Translations under genes and position numbers: made by a program
Origin: an uncultured delta proteobacterium
GTDB lineage: Bacteria; Myxococcota_A; Polyangia; Fen-1088
Assembly (NCBI GenBank): GCA_963755125.1
Contig: CAVWIP010000008.1
Coordinates: forward strand, 1 to 64,000
Length of the DNA: 64,000 nucleotides
Direction of reading: 5' to 3'
The notes under the pieces: generated by a model
What the model was told of the DNA's origin: nothing
The model's database searches: none
The model's input: only the letters and a program-made list of their open reading frames with translations
Shown here: positions 7,959 through 16,998 of the stretch, one piece after another
Position numbering within the stretch: position 1 is the stretch's first letter
How the letters are laid out: the number at the start of each line of letters is the position of its first letter

Positions 7959-10955
7959 TCAGGGCGATCCCTCTCGCGCCAGGCGGGCCAGTGACTTGCC
8001 CTGGGCGGACCAGATGGCCAACTGGGCCAGGGCGAATCGGTACTCGCTCTCTCCCGGCAATGACGTCTCGATCGCGGCGCGGTACCAGTCGTGCGCTTCG
8101 TCCAGCTTGCCCAGCCCCTGGGCGCGCGCACCGAGGTAGAAGGCCACCTCGCAGGACTGACTCGGGGTGGTTCCGCGCAGAGCGGTGCCGGCCACCTCGT
8201 CGTCCAGGCCCATGACCAGGCGGCCTAACACGTAGTAGCGTGCGGTTCCCGGCGAGGCGAAGTGCTGCTTGAGTACCTCCAAGTGGCGCGACGGCGGATG
8301 CCACTGCGCGGCCGCGGCGCGGAAAAGCCAGAGCACGTCGCGGGCCTCGCCCGGACCCGGCTCGTCGAGGAGCCAGAGCGGTTCCTCTTGGTGGTCAGCA
8401 ATGGCGCGCGCCGCAATCTGGCCCGGCGCGCCGGCAAGCCGTTCTCGCCCCCATGCCTCGGCCGCCGCGTCCCCTTTCGCCGTGCGCACGACATCGAAAT
8501 TGCGGATGGTGGCCAGCATCCGCGCCTTAGGCTCGGTCAGCTTTTCCATGAGCGCGACGGCCAGTTTCGCATCGCTTTTCCCCAGAGCCTCGATGAACGC
8601 GGCCTGGGCGTCGTTCCCCAGACCGGCCTTGAGGATCTCTTGCATAGCTGCCTCGATGCCAGGAGTCTTGTCTTGCACGAACACATCCACGAAACACCGT
8701 GCCACGGCGCCGTGGTAGTCGAGGGTGCGCAGAGTGCTCTGCTTCAGGACTCGGGCAGCATCGACCGGCTTGCCCAGACGCCACGCGACCTCGGCCAGGG
8801 CGGTGGTGGCTCCGGTGCCAGGATAGCGCGCGGCGGCTGCTTCCGCCGTGGCCTGTGCCTTCTCCGCCTGTCCCGTGATCGCGTAGAGCACGGCAGCCTC
8901 GCGCATGGCACCGCCATGGCCGCTGCTCACGGCCGGCTCGATGGCGCGCAGAGCTTCCTGGTTCTTGCCCAGCCCGTGCAACGCCTGTGCGAGATATCTG
9001 CGCACGGTGACCCCGTCGAGCCCGCGCGGGTCGGGATGACGGTCCAGCCACGCGCGCGCCAGCCGCACGATGTCCGCCTGGCGCTGGTTGGTCCGCAGAA
9101 CGTCCGCGAGGCAGACTAGTGCGTCGGCGCTTCCCGTGTCGCGTGCAGCCGCTGCCTCCATCTCGCGCAGGACTGTGCCCAGCGGGGCGAGGCCCAGCTT
9201 CGCACGAGTCTCCAGCACCCGGATACGGTCGCAGACGCCCAGTTGTGGGATCGCCAGCGCGGCGTCGATCAAGGCGGGATCGCCGGTGTACGTAGCCAGG
9301 AACACGTGGACGCCGGGAAACGCCCCGGGCGCAACCTCTGTCACGCTCCGGTACATGCGTTCGAGCATGCGCAAGTCGGGCAACTTCTGCGCGATATCGC
9401 CGGCGAGTGCCCGGTCGGCCGGCCGCGTATCCAGGCGAGACACCACGCCCCGAGCTGCTGCATAGGTCGTCGGGTTCGCCCAGTCGATTCGGTTCTGGAT
9501 CTCGTAGAAGACGTCGGTGAGAGCGAGCCCACCTATGCCGGGCAGCGCCTGCACGTTCTCCAGCAGTTTCCCCGTGACCTCCTGTCCGGAATCAGACGCA
9601 ACCAGGTAGTCGAACCAACGCCTGAAGGTGCTCGCCGTCGGCCCGCCATCTGCGGTCAGTGAGCGGGCGAATGCCGCCGCAGCCGGATTCGAGCCCAGTG
9701 TGTGCAGATAGTCGCGGCCCTTGGCCCGCAAAGCTGTGAACATGGAACCCCGGTAATAGGCCGCGACCGCATCTGCGACCGGATCTCCCTTGGAACCGAC
9801 CATGGCCGACACCGCCTCGTCGAAAGCCGAAAGGGCCTTGGCAGGCTCGACGCCAAGCCGGCCGAGGATGGTCTCTTCGGGGTCACTGGGCAGCGCGCGC
9901 ACTCTGGCCGCCTGCTGGGCCCGCCCGCCGCCGGAGTCGCGGAATGCGGACAGCAGGACCAGAGCCGGCGCCTTGCCCGCCAGTGATCGTCGTAGCTCGA
10001 AGTCGCCCCACACGACTTTCGCCAACACCACGGGCACCACGGCGGCGTAGTCCGCAAGCCGAGCCTGCTCCCAGCGCTGGGCCTCGTCGTAGCGTCGACT
10101 AAGCAGCAAACGCCGTATCCACAAGAAGCGGACGGAGGTGTCGCTCGCGGGCTCCGCCGCCAGCGCCGCCAGTCGCGCGTCATCAGCAAACACGTATGCG
10201 CGTACCGGGCTCGTCTCGGCCATCGGCGCGGCGATGCGCTGGGCCGCACTCCGGTAGCCAAGCGCGAAGGCGAGTAGACCTCGCTGCGCCCTCTGTGCAT
10301 GTCCGAGAGCCTCGTCGAGAGCAGTGGCCGCCCACGCTGCTGCAAGCAAGTGGTCGGCGGCCTGCATGGCATCGAGTACCTGGAAAGCCAGGGACACCAG
10401 TCCCACGCTCAACTCATGAATTCCCTGCGCGCGCCGGGCTGGCTCTGCCCACACCTTGGCGCCCAGACGCACGGCGCGCACCGCCGCCTCGTCGAAGAGC
10501 AGCTTGGCTGGTTCGGTCGGCGCCGCATCCCGGTTCATGGGATGGGCTGCAAGCTGGCGGCCGGCCCACGCCACGAGCATGGCATGGGCCTCGTCGAAAT
10601 CGGGCAACTCGGCGAGACTGCCAATCTCGACTGCACCTGCTCCTATCCGCCAGCCGTTCTTCCACGTGACAGAAGGGGGCTGCGCCAGCGGCGCGCCGAC
10701 CAGGGCGGCGATGACGTCCACGGCATCAGTAATGCGCGCATCGAGAGACAGGCGATACGCACTTTGCAACGCCTCGCGCGTGGCGGCCAGGTTCTCGCGA
10801 ACGAACACCGCCGGCGCCGCGCGGGGTGGGCCACCTAGATCCAGTCCCGGAATCGGGGCCGGTTTGGGGGCAGCCCTGGGCTTCTGGCACGCCGCCAGCA
10901 TGACGACTACCGTGCAGGCAACCACAAGACGCGGACAACGGAACCCGTACGCCAT
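7959..10955 (-). CDS. large alpha-helical (TPR-like) lipoprotein, 998 aa, function unknown
   Basis: signal plus lipobox VVMLAACQ; highly Ala/Leu/Arg-rich helical repeats throughout; no catalytic motif recognised. Confidence 0.55.
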   Translation of the reverse strand: MAYGFRCPRLVVACTVVVMLAACQKPRAAPKPAPIPGLDLGGPPRAAPAVFVRENLAATREALQSAYRLSLDARITDAVDVIAALVGAPLAQPPSVTWKNGWRIGAGAVEIGSLAELPDFDEAHAMLVAWAGRQLAAHPMNRDAAPTEPAKLLFDEAAVRAVRLGAKVWAEPARRAQGIHELSVGLVSLAFQVLDAMQAADHLLAAAWAATALDEALGHAQRAQRGLLAFALGYRSAAQRIAAPMAETSPVRAYVFADDARLAALAAEPASDTSVRFLWIRRLLLSRRYDEAQRWEQARLADYAAVVPVVLAKVVWGDFELRRSLAGKAPALVLLSAFRDSGGGRAQQAARVRALPSDPEETILGRLGVEPAKALSAFDEAVSAMVGSKGDPVADAVAAYYRGSMFTALRAKGRDYLHTLGSNPAAAAFARSLTADGGPTASTFRRWFDYLVASDSGQEVTGKLLENVQALPGIGGLALTDVFYEIQNRIDWANPTTYAAARGVVSRLDTRPADRALAGDIAQKLPDLRMLERMYRSVTEVAPGAFPGVHVFLATYTGDPALIDAALAIPQLGVCDRIRVLETRAKLGLAPLGTVLREMEAAAARDTGSADALVCLADVLRTNQRQADIVRLARAWLDRHPDPRGLDGVTVRRYLAQALHGLGKNQEALRAIEPAVSSGHGGAMREAAVLYAITGQAEKAQATAEAAAARYPGTGATTALAEVAWRLGKPVDAARVLKQSTLRTLDYHGAVARCFVDVFVQDKTPGIEAAMQEILKAGLGNDAQAAFIEALGKSDAKLAVALMEKLTEPKARMLATIRNFDVVRTAKGDAAAEAWGRERLAGAPGQIAARAIADHQEEPLWLLDEPGPGEARDVLWLFRAAAAQWHPPSRHLEVLKQHFASPGTARYYVLGRLVMGLDDEVAGTALRGTTPSQSCEVAFYLGARAQGLGKLDEAHDWYRAAIETSLPGESEYRFALAQLAIWSAQGKSLARLAREGSP

Positions 10956-11086
10956 GCGGCCACACTACACCTTAGCGCAGCATACTCAAGCGCCGCTGCT
11001 TTTCGCGGCTTCGTTGTGGCTAGGCGATAGGGCTCGCGCCGTCCGCCGCTAGTGGATACAATGAGACGGCACGGCAAGGAGGCACG

Positions 11087-11347
11087 ATGGACGCTGTAGC
11101 TCCCTATACGTCTTTGCGGTTCGGCACGCTGGTCTGGGTCGCCCTCGGGCTCTTCGTCCTGATTCTCTTGCTGAAGACGCTGCGCTACATTCCCAACACG
11201 CGCGTCGGCATCGTCGAGAAGTTGGCCAGCGCCAAGGGATCGATAAAGAAAGGGCTCATCGCCCTGCAAGGCGAGGCGGGGTTTCAGCCCGACCTTCTGC
11301 GCGGCGGCTGGCATGTATTGATGCCGTTCCTCTATCGCATCTGGACT
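11087..11347 (+). pseudogene. flotillin-like SPFH protein (YqiK family), N-terminal fragment interrupted by IS insertion
   Basis: RBS aaggagg 7 nt upstream of ATG; TM LVWVALGLFVLILLL followed by SPFH start RYIPNTRVGIVEK; reading frame hits TGA that is the first 3 nt of the IS left inverted repeat. Confidence 0.75.
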
Positions 11348-11365
11348 TGACCCGGTTTGGTGGAC
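11348..11365. repeat. IS left terminal inverted repeat
   Basis: TGACCCGGTTTGGTGGAC. Confidence 0.8.
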
Positions 11366-11403
11366 ACCCTCGCTCAGGAAAATGGGCGTAGAAAGGTGAC
11401 CAC

Positions 11404-11709
11404 ATGTTGGACAAAGAGAAGAAGCGATCCCGGCGCATGCACACGCGCGAGTTCAAGGCAGACTTGGTGGCGCTCGTCCGTGCAGGACGCAGCGTCGCGC
11501 AGGTAGCAAAGGACTTCAGGGTGGCAAGCAGCCTGGTGTACCAGTGGGATCGGCAGTCGAGGGTAGACGAGGGCAAGGGCCCTGCTGGCGCCCTGACGAC
11601 CGCCGAGAAGGAAGAACTTTCGCATCTGCGTCGCGAGGTGAAAGTCCTCCGCATGGAGCGTGAGATTTTAAAAAGGGCGGCCACCTTCTTCGCCAAGGAG
11701 AGCGCGTGA
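11404..11709 (+). CDS. IS3-family transposase OrfA (HTH)
   Basis: 101 aa, MLDKEKKRSRRMHTREFKADLVALVRAGRSVAQVAKDF; ends just after slippery TTTTAAAAAGG. Confidence 0.85.
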   Translation: MLDKEKKRSRRMHTREFKADLVALVRAGRSVAQVAKDFRVASSLVYQWDRQSRVDEGKGPAGALTTAEKEELSHLRREVKVLRMEREILKRAATFFAKESA

Positions 11710-12590
11710 GGTTTGCGTTCATCTCCGAGGAGAAGGTGGCCTTCCCCGTCGCGGTCCTCTGCCGTGTCTTGGCCGTTTCGCCCAGTGGCTACTACGCCAG
11801 CCAGGGACGGCCCGCCTCGTTGCACGCACGCCGTGACCAGGATCTGTCCGAGCGGATAGCCGCGATTCATCACGGGAGCCGGCGACGATACGGCAGTCCC
11901 CGTGTTCATGCCGACCTCAAAGCTTCCGGGGATCGGGTGGGTTGCAAGCGGGTGGCCAGGCTGATGCGCGAAAACAAGCTGGTGGCGCGCTGTCGTCATC
12001 GTTTTCGCACGACCACCGACTCGAAGCACAGCTTCCCCATCGCGCCGAATGTGCTGGAGCGCAACTTCACCGCGCTTCGTCCAAACCAGTCGTGGGTCAC
12101 TGACATCACGTTTCTGTGGACGCAGCAAGGCTGGCTGTACCTCGCGGTGATTCTCGACCTGTTTTCCAGGCGGGTTGTCGGCTGGGCGACCAGTCGGAAT
12201 GTCGATCGCCACCTCGCGCTCGCGGCACTGGCCATGGCCTTGTGCCAACGCCAGCCCGGCAGCGGCCTGGTTCACCACTCAGATCGAGGCAGCACGTACG
12301 CGAGCGACGACTACCGCAAAGCCTTGGAAGCCGGAAGCATAGAATGCAGCATGAGCCGGAAGGGAGACTGCTGGGATAATGCCGTGGCCGAGAGTTTCTT
12401 CGCGACCCTCAAGCGCGAGTTGGAAGACATCGACGATCTCGAAAGCTGGGAGGCAGCTAACCTCTCGATTGGCGAGTACATCGAAGGCTTCTACAATCCT
12501 TGCCGCCGTCATTCGGCGCTCAATTACAACAGCCCAATCGAATTTGAGCTGATGCACTCAGTGAAGAAAGCTGGTAAGAAAGCTGCGTAA
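11706..12590 (+). CDS. IS3-family transposase OrfB (rve/DDE integrase); -1 frame relative to OrfA
   Basis: 294 aa; DDE triad contexts WVTDITF, HSDRGSTYAS, ESFFATLKRE; overlaps orfA by 4 nt in -1 frame. Confidence 0.85.
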   Translation: MRFAFISEEKVAFPVAVLCRVLAVSPSGYYASQGRPASLHARRDQDLSERIAAIHHGSRRRYGSPRVHADLKASGDRVGCKRVARLMRENKLVARCRHRFRTTTDSKHSFPIAPNVLERNFTALRPNQSWVTDITFLWTQQGWLYLAVILDLFSRRVVGWATSRNVDRHLALAALAMALCQRQPGSGLVHHSDRGSTYASDDYRKALEAGSIECSMSRKGDCWDNAVAESFFATLKRELEDIDDLESWEAANLSIGEYIEGFYNPCRRHSALNYNSPIEFELMHSVKKAGKKAA

Positions 12591-12597
12591 CGAAACC

Positions 12598-12615
12598 GTC
12601 CACCAAATCGGGTCA
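12598..12615. repeat. IS right terminal inverted repeat
   Basis: GTCCACCAAATCGGGTCA (reverse complement matches left repeat 17/18). Confidence 0.8.
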
Positions 12616-14415
12616 ACTCCAATCCACAAGGTGCCGCTGGTCACCATCCCGCAGGGCAAGGTCGGCTATGTCTTTGCCCGCGACGGACAGGATCTGCCGC
12701 CTACGCAGTCAATGGCCAGCAACGTGAAGGCCAACAACTTCCAGGACGTGCGCGCTTTTCTGGACAACGGCGGCCAGAAGGGTCCGCAGCGAATGATCTT
12801 GCGCGAGGGCACCTATGCCCTTAACACGGCCCAGTTCGTGGTTGTCACCGAGGACCGCATCACCTATTTGCCGCTCGATTCGGCCGAGGTGGAAACCTTT
12901 CGGAAAATGGCAACGGCAATTGCCGAGCGGGGCGGCTTTCAGCCGGTAATCATTCGCGGGACCGACGATGCCATCGGCGTGGTGACTGTACACGACGGTC
13001 CCGCCCTTGGCTCCGGCGAGATCATTGCCCCGACTGTGGGCGAAGATCCGGCCAAGGCCGAGTTCTTCCACAACAACTTCCAGGACGCAGACAAGTTCTT
13101 GCGCGCTGGTGGTTTCCGTGGCCGCCAGTACCAAGTGCTGACCGATGGCACGTACTACATCAACCGCCTGTTCGCCACGGTCGAACTTCTGCCCAAGACT
13201 GTCATTGAGGTGGGGAACGTGGGTGTCGTGGTCAGCTACACTGGGGCCAAGGGTGCCGACCTGAGCGGCCAGGACTATCGTCACGGGGAGCTGGTGGCCA
13301 CGGGACAGCGGGGCGTGTGGAACGAGCCCCTGCTGCCAGGCAAGTACGCCTTCAATACTTACGCCGGCAAAGTACTGCCAGTTCCCACCACGAATTTCAT
13401 TCTCAAGTGGACCAAGGGGGAAACCGGCAGTCACAAGTTCGACGAGAACCTTTGCGAGGTCAGCCTGATCACCAAGGACGCCTTCGAGCCCAGTCTGCCG
13501 CTCTCGGTGGTGGTGCACATCGACTATCGCAAGGCACCCCTCGTCGTCCAGCGCTTCGGCGACATCAAAAAGCTGGTCGAGCAAACCCTGGATCCGATGG
13601 TCAGCGCCTATTTCAAGAATGTCGGGCAGACCCGCACGCTCATCCAGCTCATCCAGGATCGCAGCGCCATCCAGATGCAAGCAGGCAAGGAAATGAAGGA
13701 CAAGTTCGCACTGTACAACCTGGAGTTGCAAGAGGTGTTGATCGGCACACCGACCAGTGGCGCACCGGGAGGCCAGATCGAGCAGATCTTGGTGCAGTTG
13801 CGCAGCCGACAGATCGCGGACGAACAGGTCGAGACCTACGCCCGCCAGCAGAATGCCGCGGCCAAGGAGCGCGAGTTGCGCGAGGCCGAGTCGCGCGCCA
13901 AGCAGCAAACCGCGCTGACCGAGTCGGAAATTTCCATCACGGTGCAAAGCAACGAGGGCAAGGCCCAGTACGCGCGCTCGCAGCAACAGGCGGCGCAGAT
14001 CCAGATCCTGGCAGGAGCGGAGGCCGAGAAGGTGCGTTTGATGGGCGAAGGCGAATCCAAGCGCATCAAGGTCATGGCCTCGGCCGAGGCCGAGCGCGCG
14101 GCGCGCGTGGGCGTGGCGCAGGCGCTGGCCATCGAGGAGCAGGTGCGCGCCTACGGCGGGCCGCAGTTCCAGCTCATGCAACAGGTGATGAATCGGTTTG
14201 CTGAGGCCATAGAGAAATCGCAGGTGGACGTGGTACCCAAGATAGCCATGAGCGGGGCCAGCGGCGGCAGCGGCAACCTGATCGAGAGCTTGCTGGGTCT
14301 GCTATTGAGCCAGAAGGTCGCTGAAATGGCAGGGGTGGAAGGGACTGCGCCACGCGATGCCACGGCGGAGAAGCTGCGCAAGCAGATCCAGGAGACCATC
14401 GAACGGACGGGCTGA
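12616..14415 (+). pseudogene. flotillin-like SPFH protein (YqiK family), C-terminal fragment downstream of IS
   Basis: frame continuous with N-fragment once IS plus one ACT copy is removed (..FLYRIWT|PIHKVPLVTIPQGKVGYVF..); long SPFH domain plus Ala/Gln/Glu-rich coiled coil. Confidence 0.75.
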
Positions 14416-14719
14416 ACGGCTGCAGAACAACCACCACGGGGAGGTTTTGCTGCTATTCGCAACTCTCGCCGCGACTGCGATATTGATACGTCCCCGGCAC
14501 CGCAGCCACGCGCGAGACAGAAGGTGGAGCCCGATCGCATCGTTGCGCTTCTGGGTGTGAGCCGCAATAATTCCGCGCGGACTGTGTAGCGTTTTGGATT
14601 TCGTCAGTCCGCCCGGATGACATGCTGGCGAAGCACAGCCGAGCTCCTCGCGATGGTCACCTCGCGCTTCGACGGGACGAAGCTCCGGCGGCGGCCCCAT
14701 CCCCTTCATCGGCTACCCA

Positions 14720-16921
14720 ATGTTGGCCGAGTTTCCCGATGAGATCCTGCCAATCGAAGCGGCGCATCTTCCGGCAATCCTTCGACAATTTCCGGTGTGG
14801 GTTTCCGGATGGCACGGGATGGTGGCACAATGGAGAACAACTCGCATGGTGATCCAGACGGTTGTCTTCGTTGCGCTCCTGGTGGTGGCCGTCCTCGGCT
14901 GGCACGCCCGCAGAATGGCTCGGCGCCTCGCGCGCGCAGAAAGGCGCCTCGCGCGCGCGGAAATCGAGCGCGACTTTCTGGAAGGCATCCTCGACGCCAT
15001 CGCGGACCCCATCTTCGTCAAGGATAGGGACCACCGCCTGGTCTGGGTCAACGAAGCCGAGTGCCGCCTTGCCGGCAAGGAGCGCCAGGCTCTCGTGGGC
15101 AAGACCGACTACGACTTCTTCCCCAAGGACCAGGTGGACGTCTTCTGGCGGCAGGACGACGTGGTCTTCGAGACCGGGCACGAGAACGTCAACGAGGAGG
15201 TGATCACGTCCGCCGAGGGGGCAGTTCGCGCCATCGTCACCAAGAAGAGTCTCTGGGTTGACCGCTCCGGAACGCAGCACATTGTCGGCGTCATTCGCGA
15301 TATCAGCGACCGCAAGCGCGCCGAGGAAGAGGTGCGCAGGCTCAACAGCAAACTTGAGCAGCGGGTGACGGAGCGGACGGCCGAGCTTTCCCGGGCGAAG
15401 CGCGACCTGGACGAGATCATCGATACGATCGCCGATCCGCTTTTCGTCAAGGACGAGCAGCACCGCTTTGTGCTGGTGAACCGGGCGCAGTGCGATCTCG
15501 CCGGGTTGCAGCGGCACGAACTGCTCGGCAAGTCGGACCACGATCTGTTCCCGAAGAGCGAGTCCGACGTCTTCTGGGCCAAGGATCAGCTGGTGCTGGA
15601 TACCGGCGCCGAAAATATCAATGAGGAGATCTTCACGAACTTGAAGGGCGTGGTGTACACCCTTAGCACCAAGAGGACGTTGTTCATCGATGAGAAAGGT
15701 GGGAAGCGCATCGTCGGTGTCATCCGCGACATCACAGAGCGCAAGCGCCTCGACGAGCAGCTCCGGCAGGCACAGAAGATGGAGAGCGTTGGCCTCCTCG
15801 CGGGCGGTATCGCGCACGACTTCAACAACCTGCTCACGCCCATTCTCGGCAACTGCCAGCTTCTGCTTCTCGGCCGACTCGATCCGGCAGCGAAGGAGAT
15901 GGTGGAAGAGGTCGAGCGCGCCGCCGAGCACCTCAAGGTGCTCACCCGACAACTGCTGGCGTTCGGACGCAAGCAGATGCTCGAACTTCGGCGGATTGAC
16001 CTGCGCGACGTGGTGACGAGCTTCGAGCCGATCTTGCGCCGAACCATCCAGGAGGACATTCGCATCGAACTCTCCTTCGCGCCGGATCTGGAGACCGTGC
16101 TCGCCGACGCCGGCCAGCTTGAACAAGTGTTGCTGAACCTGGCGATCAACGCGCGGGACGCCATGCCGACGGGCGGCGTGCTCACCATCGAAGGGCGTAA
16201 CGTCAATATCGATGAGGGATTCGCGAGGGCGCATCGGGGATTTCGCTCCGGGCGGTATGCCGCGCTCGCGCTCCGCGATACCGGCACCGGAATGGACCAG
16301 GAGACGCAGCAGCGGCTCTTCGAGCCGTTCTTCAGCACCAAGAAGGGCGGCAGGGGTAGCGGTCTCGGCCTGGCGATGGTTCATGGCATCGTCGAGCAGC
16401 ACCTCGGGGCCATCCTGGTCCATTCTGAACTCGGCAAGGGGAGCACCTTCGAGATCTACCTTCCGTGCGCCCCTCGCGTTGGCGGGGCCGACGTCTCGGG
16501 CTCGCGCCTTCCCGGTCTTGCGATCGATGCCGGCAAGGGGGAAACCATCCTGGTCCTGGAAGACGACACGATGGTACGCGTGTCTGTCTGCAATATGCTG
16601 CGCCGAATGGGGTACAAAGTCATCGAAGCGGACAGCGCCGAGCACTGCTGCCGGCTCGCGGCCAGCCACCAGGGCCACATCGATCTGTTCCTCACCGACG
16701 TGGTCATGCCCGACATGAACGGCAGGGAAGTGTACGAGCGTCTAGCGCCCCTGCGAAAGGGCCTGAAGGTGCTCTACATGTCAGGCTATGCCGCGGACGT
16801 CATCGTTCACCGAGGGATCGTCGACGAAGAAGTGCAGTTCATCCAGAAGCCCCTGTCGATTGGGGCGCTGTCGAGGAAGATTCGCGAGATTCTTGATTCC
16901 CAGGCGGCCAGCCAGACCTGA
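14720..16921 (+). CDS. hybrid sensor histidine kinase (TM, 3x PAS, HisKA, HATPase_c, C-terminal REC)
   Basis: repeated PAS motifs DPIFVKD/DPLFVKD; H-box IAHDFNNLLTPI; G-box GSGLGLAMVHGIVEQH; receiver ILVLEDD...DLFLTDVVMPDMNG; true start may be internal Met at 14819 or 14846. Confidence 0.85.
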   Translation: MLAEFPDEILPIEAAHLPAILRQFPVWVSGWHGMVAQWRTTRMVIQTVVFVALLVVAVLGWHARRMARRLARAERRLARAEIERDFLEGILDAIADPIFVKDRDHRLVWVNEAECRLAGKERQALVGKTDYDFFPKDQVDVFWRQDDVVFETGHENVNEEVITSAEGAVRAIVTKKSLWVDRSGTQHIVGVIRDISDRKRAEEEVRRLNSKLEQRVTERTAELSRAKRDLDEIIDTIADPLFVKDEQHRFVLVNRAQCDLAGLQRHELLGKSDHDLFPKSESDVFWAKDQLVLDTGAENINEEIFTNLKGVVYTLSTKRTLFIDEKGGKRIVGVIRDITERKRLDEQLRQAQKMESVGLLAGGIAHDFNNLLTPILGNCQLLLLGRLDPAAKEMVEEVERAAEHLKVLTRQLLAFGRKQMLELRRIDLRDVVTSFEPILRRTIQEDIRIELSFAPDLETVLADAGQLEQVLLNLAINARDAMPTGGVLTIEGRNVNIDEGFARAHRGFRSGRYAALALRDTGTGMDQETQQRLFEPFFSTKKGGRGSGLGLAMVHGIVEQHLGAILVHSELGKGSTFEIYLPCAPRVGGADVSGSRLPGLAIDAGKGETILVLEDDTMVRVSVCNMLRRMGYKVIEADSAEHCCRLAASHQGHIDLFLTDVVMPDMNGREVYERLAPLRKGLKVLYMSGYAADVIVHRGIVDEEVQFIQKPLSIGALSRKIREILDSQAASQT

Positions 16922-16998
16922 GCGGAGTTCCATCGGCCCGCGGACTCGGGGCATGGGCGCCGCAGTCGGCACGGTCGGCTGGTCGCCGTCCTGCCCGA

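Larger units (their letters stand above)
11348..12615 (+). mobile_element. IS3-family insertion sequence (1268 bp) with 18-bp imperfect terminal inverted repeats and 3-bp ACT target-site duplication
   Basis: IRL TGACCCGGTTTGGTGGAC (11348-11365); IRR reverse-complement TGACCCGATTTGGTGGAC (12598-12615), 17/18 match; ACT at 11345-11347 and 12616-12618; contains orfA/orfB. Confidence 0.85.

Noticed and set aside
8262-9119. 285-aa plus-strand ORF and neighbours inside 7959..10955
   Set aside because: Antisense to the 998-aa lipoprotein; chose the longer ORF with signal peptide/lipobox, though neither has catalytic motifs
12709-14181. 490-aa ORF on minus strand (and 13317..14204 Arg-rich ORF)
   Set aside because: Overlap the well-supported flotillin-like coding frame; typical long spurious antisense ORFs in high-GC DNA
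14657-16678. 673-aa minus-strand ORF
   Set aside because: Antisense to the hybrid histidine kinase, which has unambiguous domain motifs; no motifs of its own
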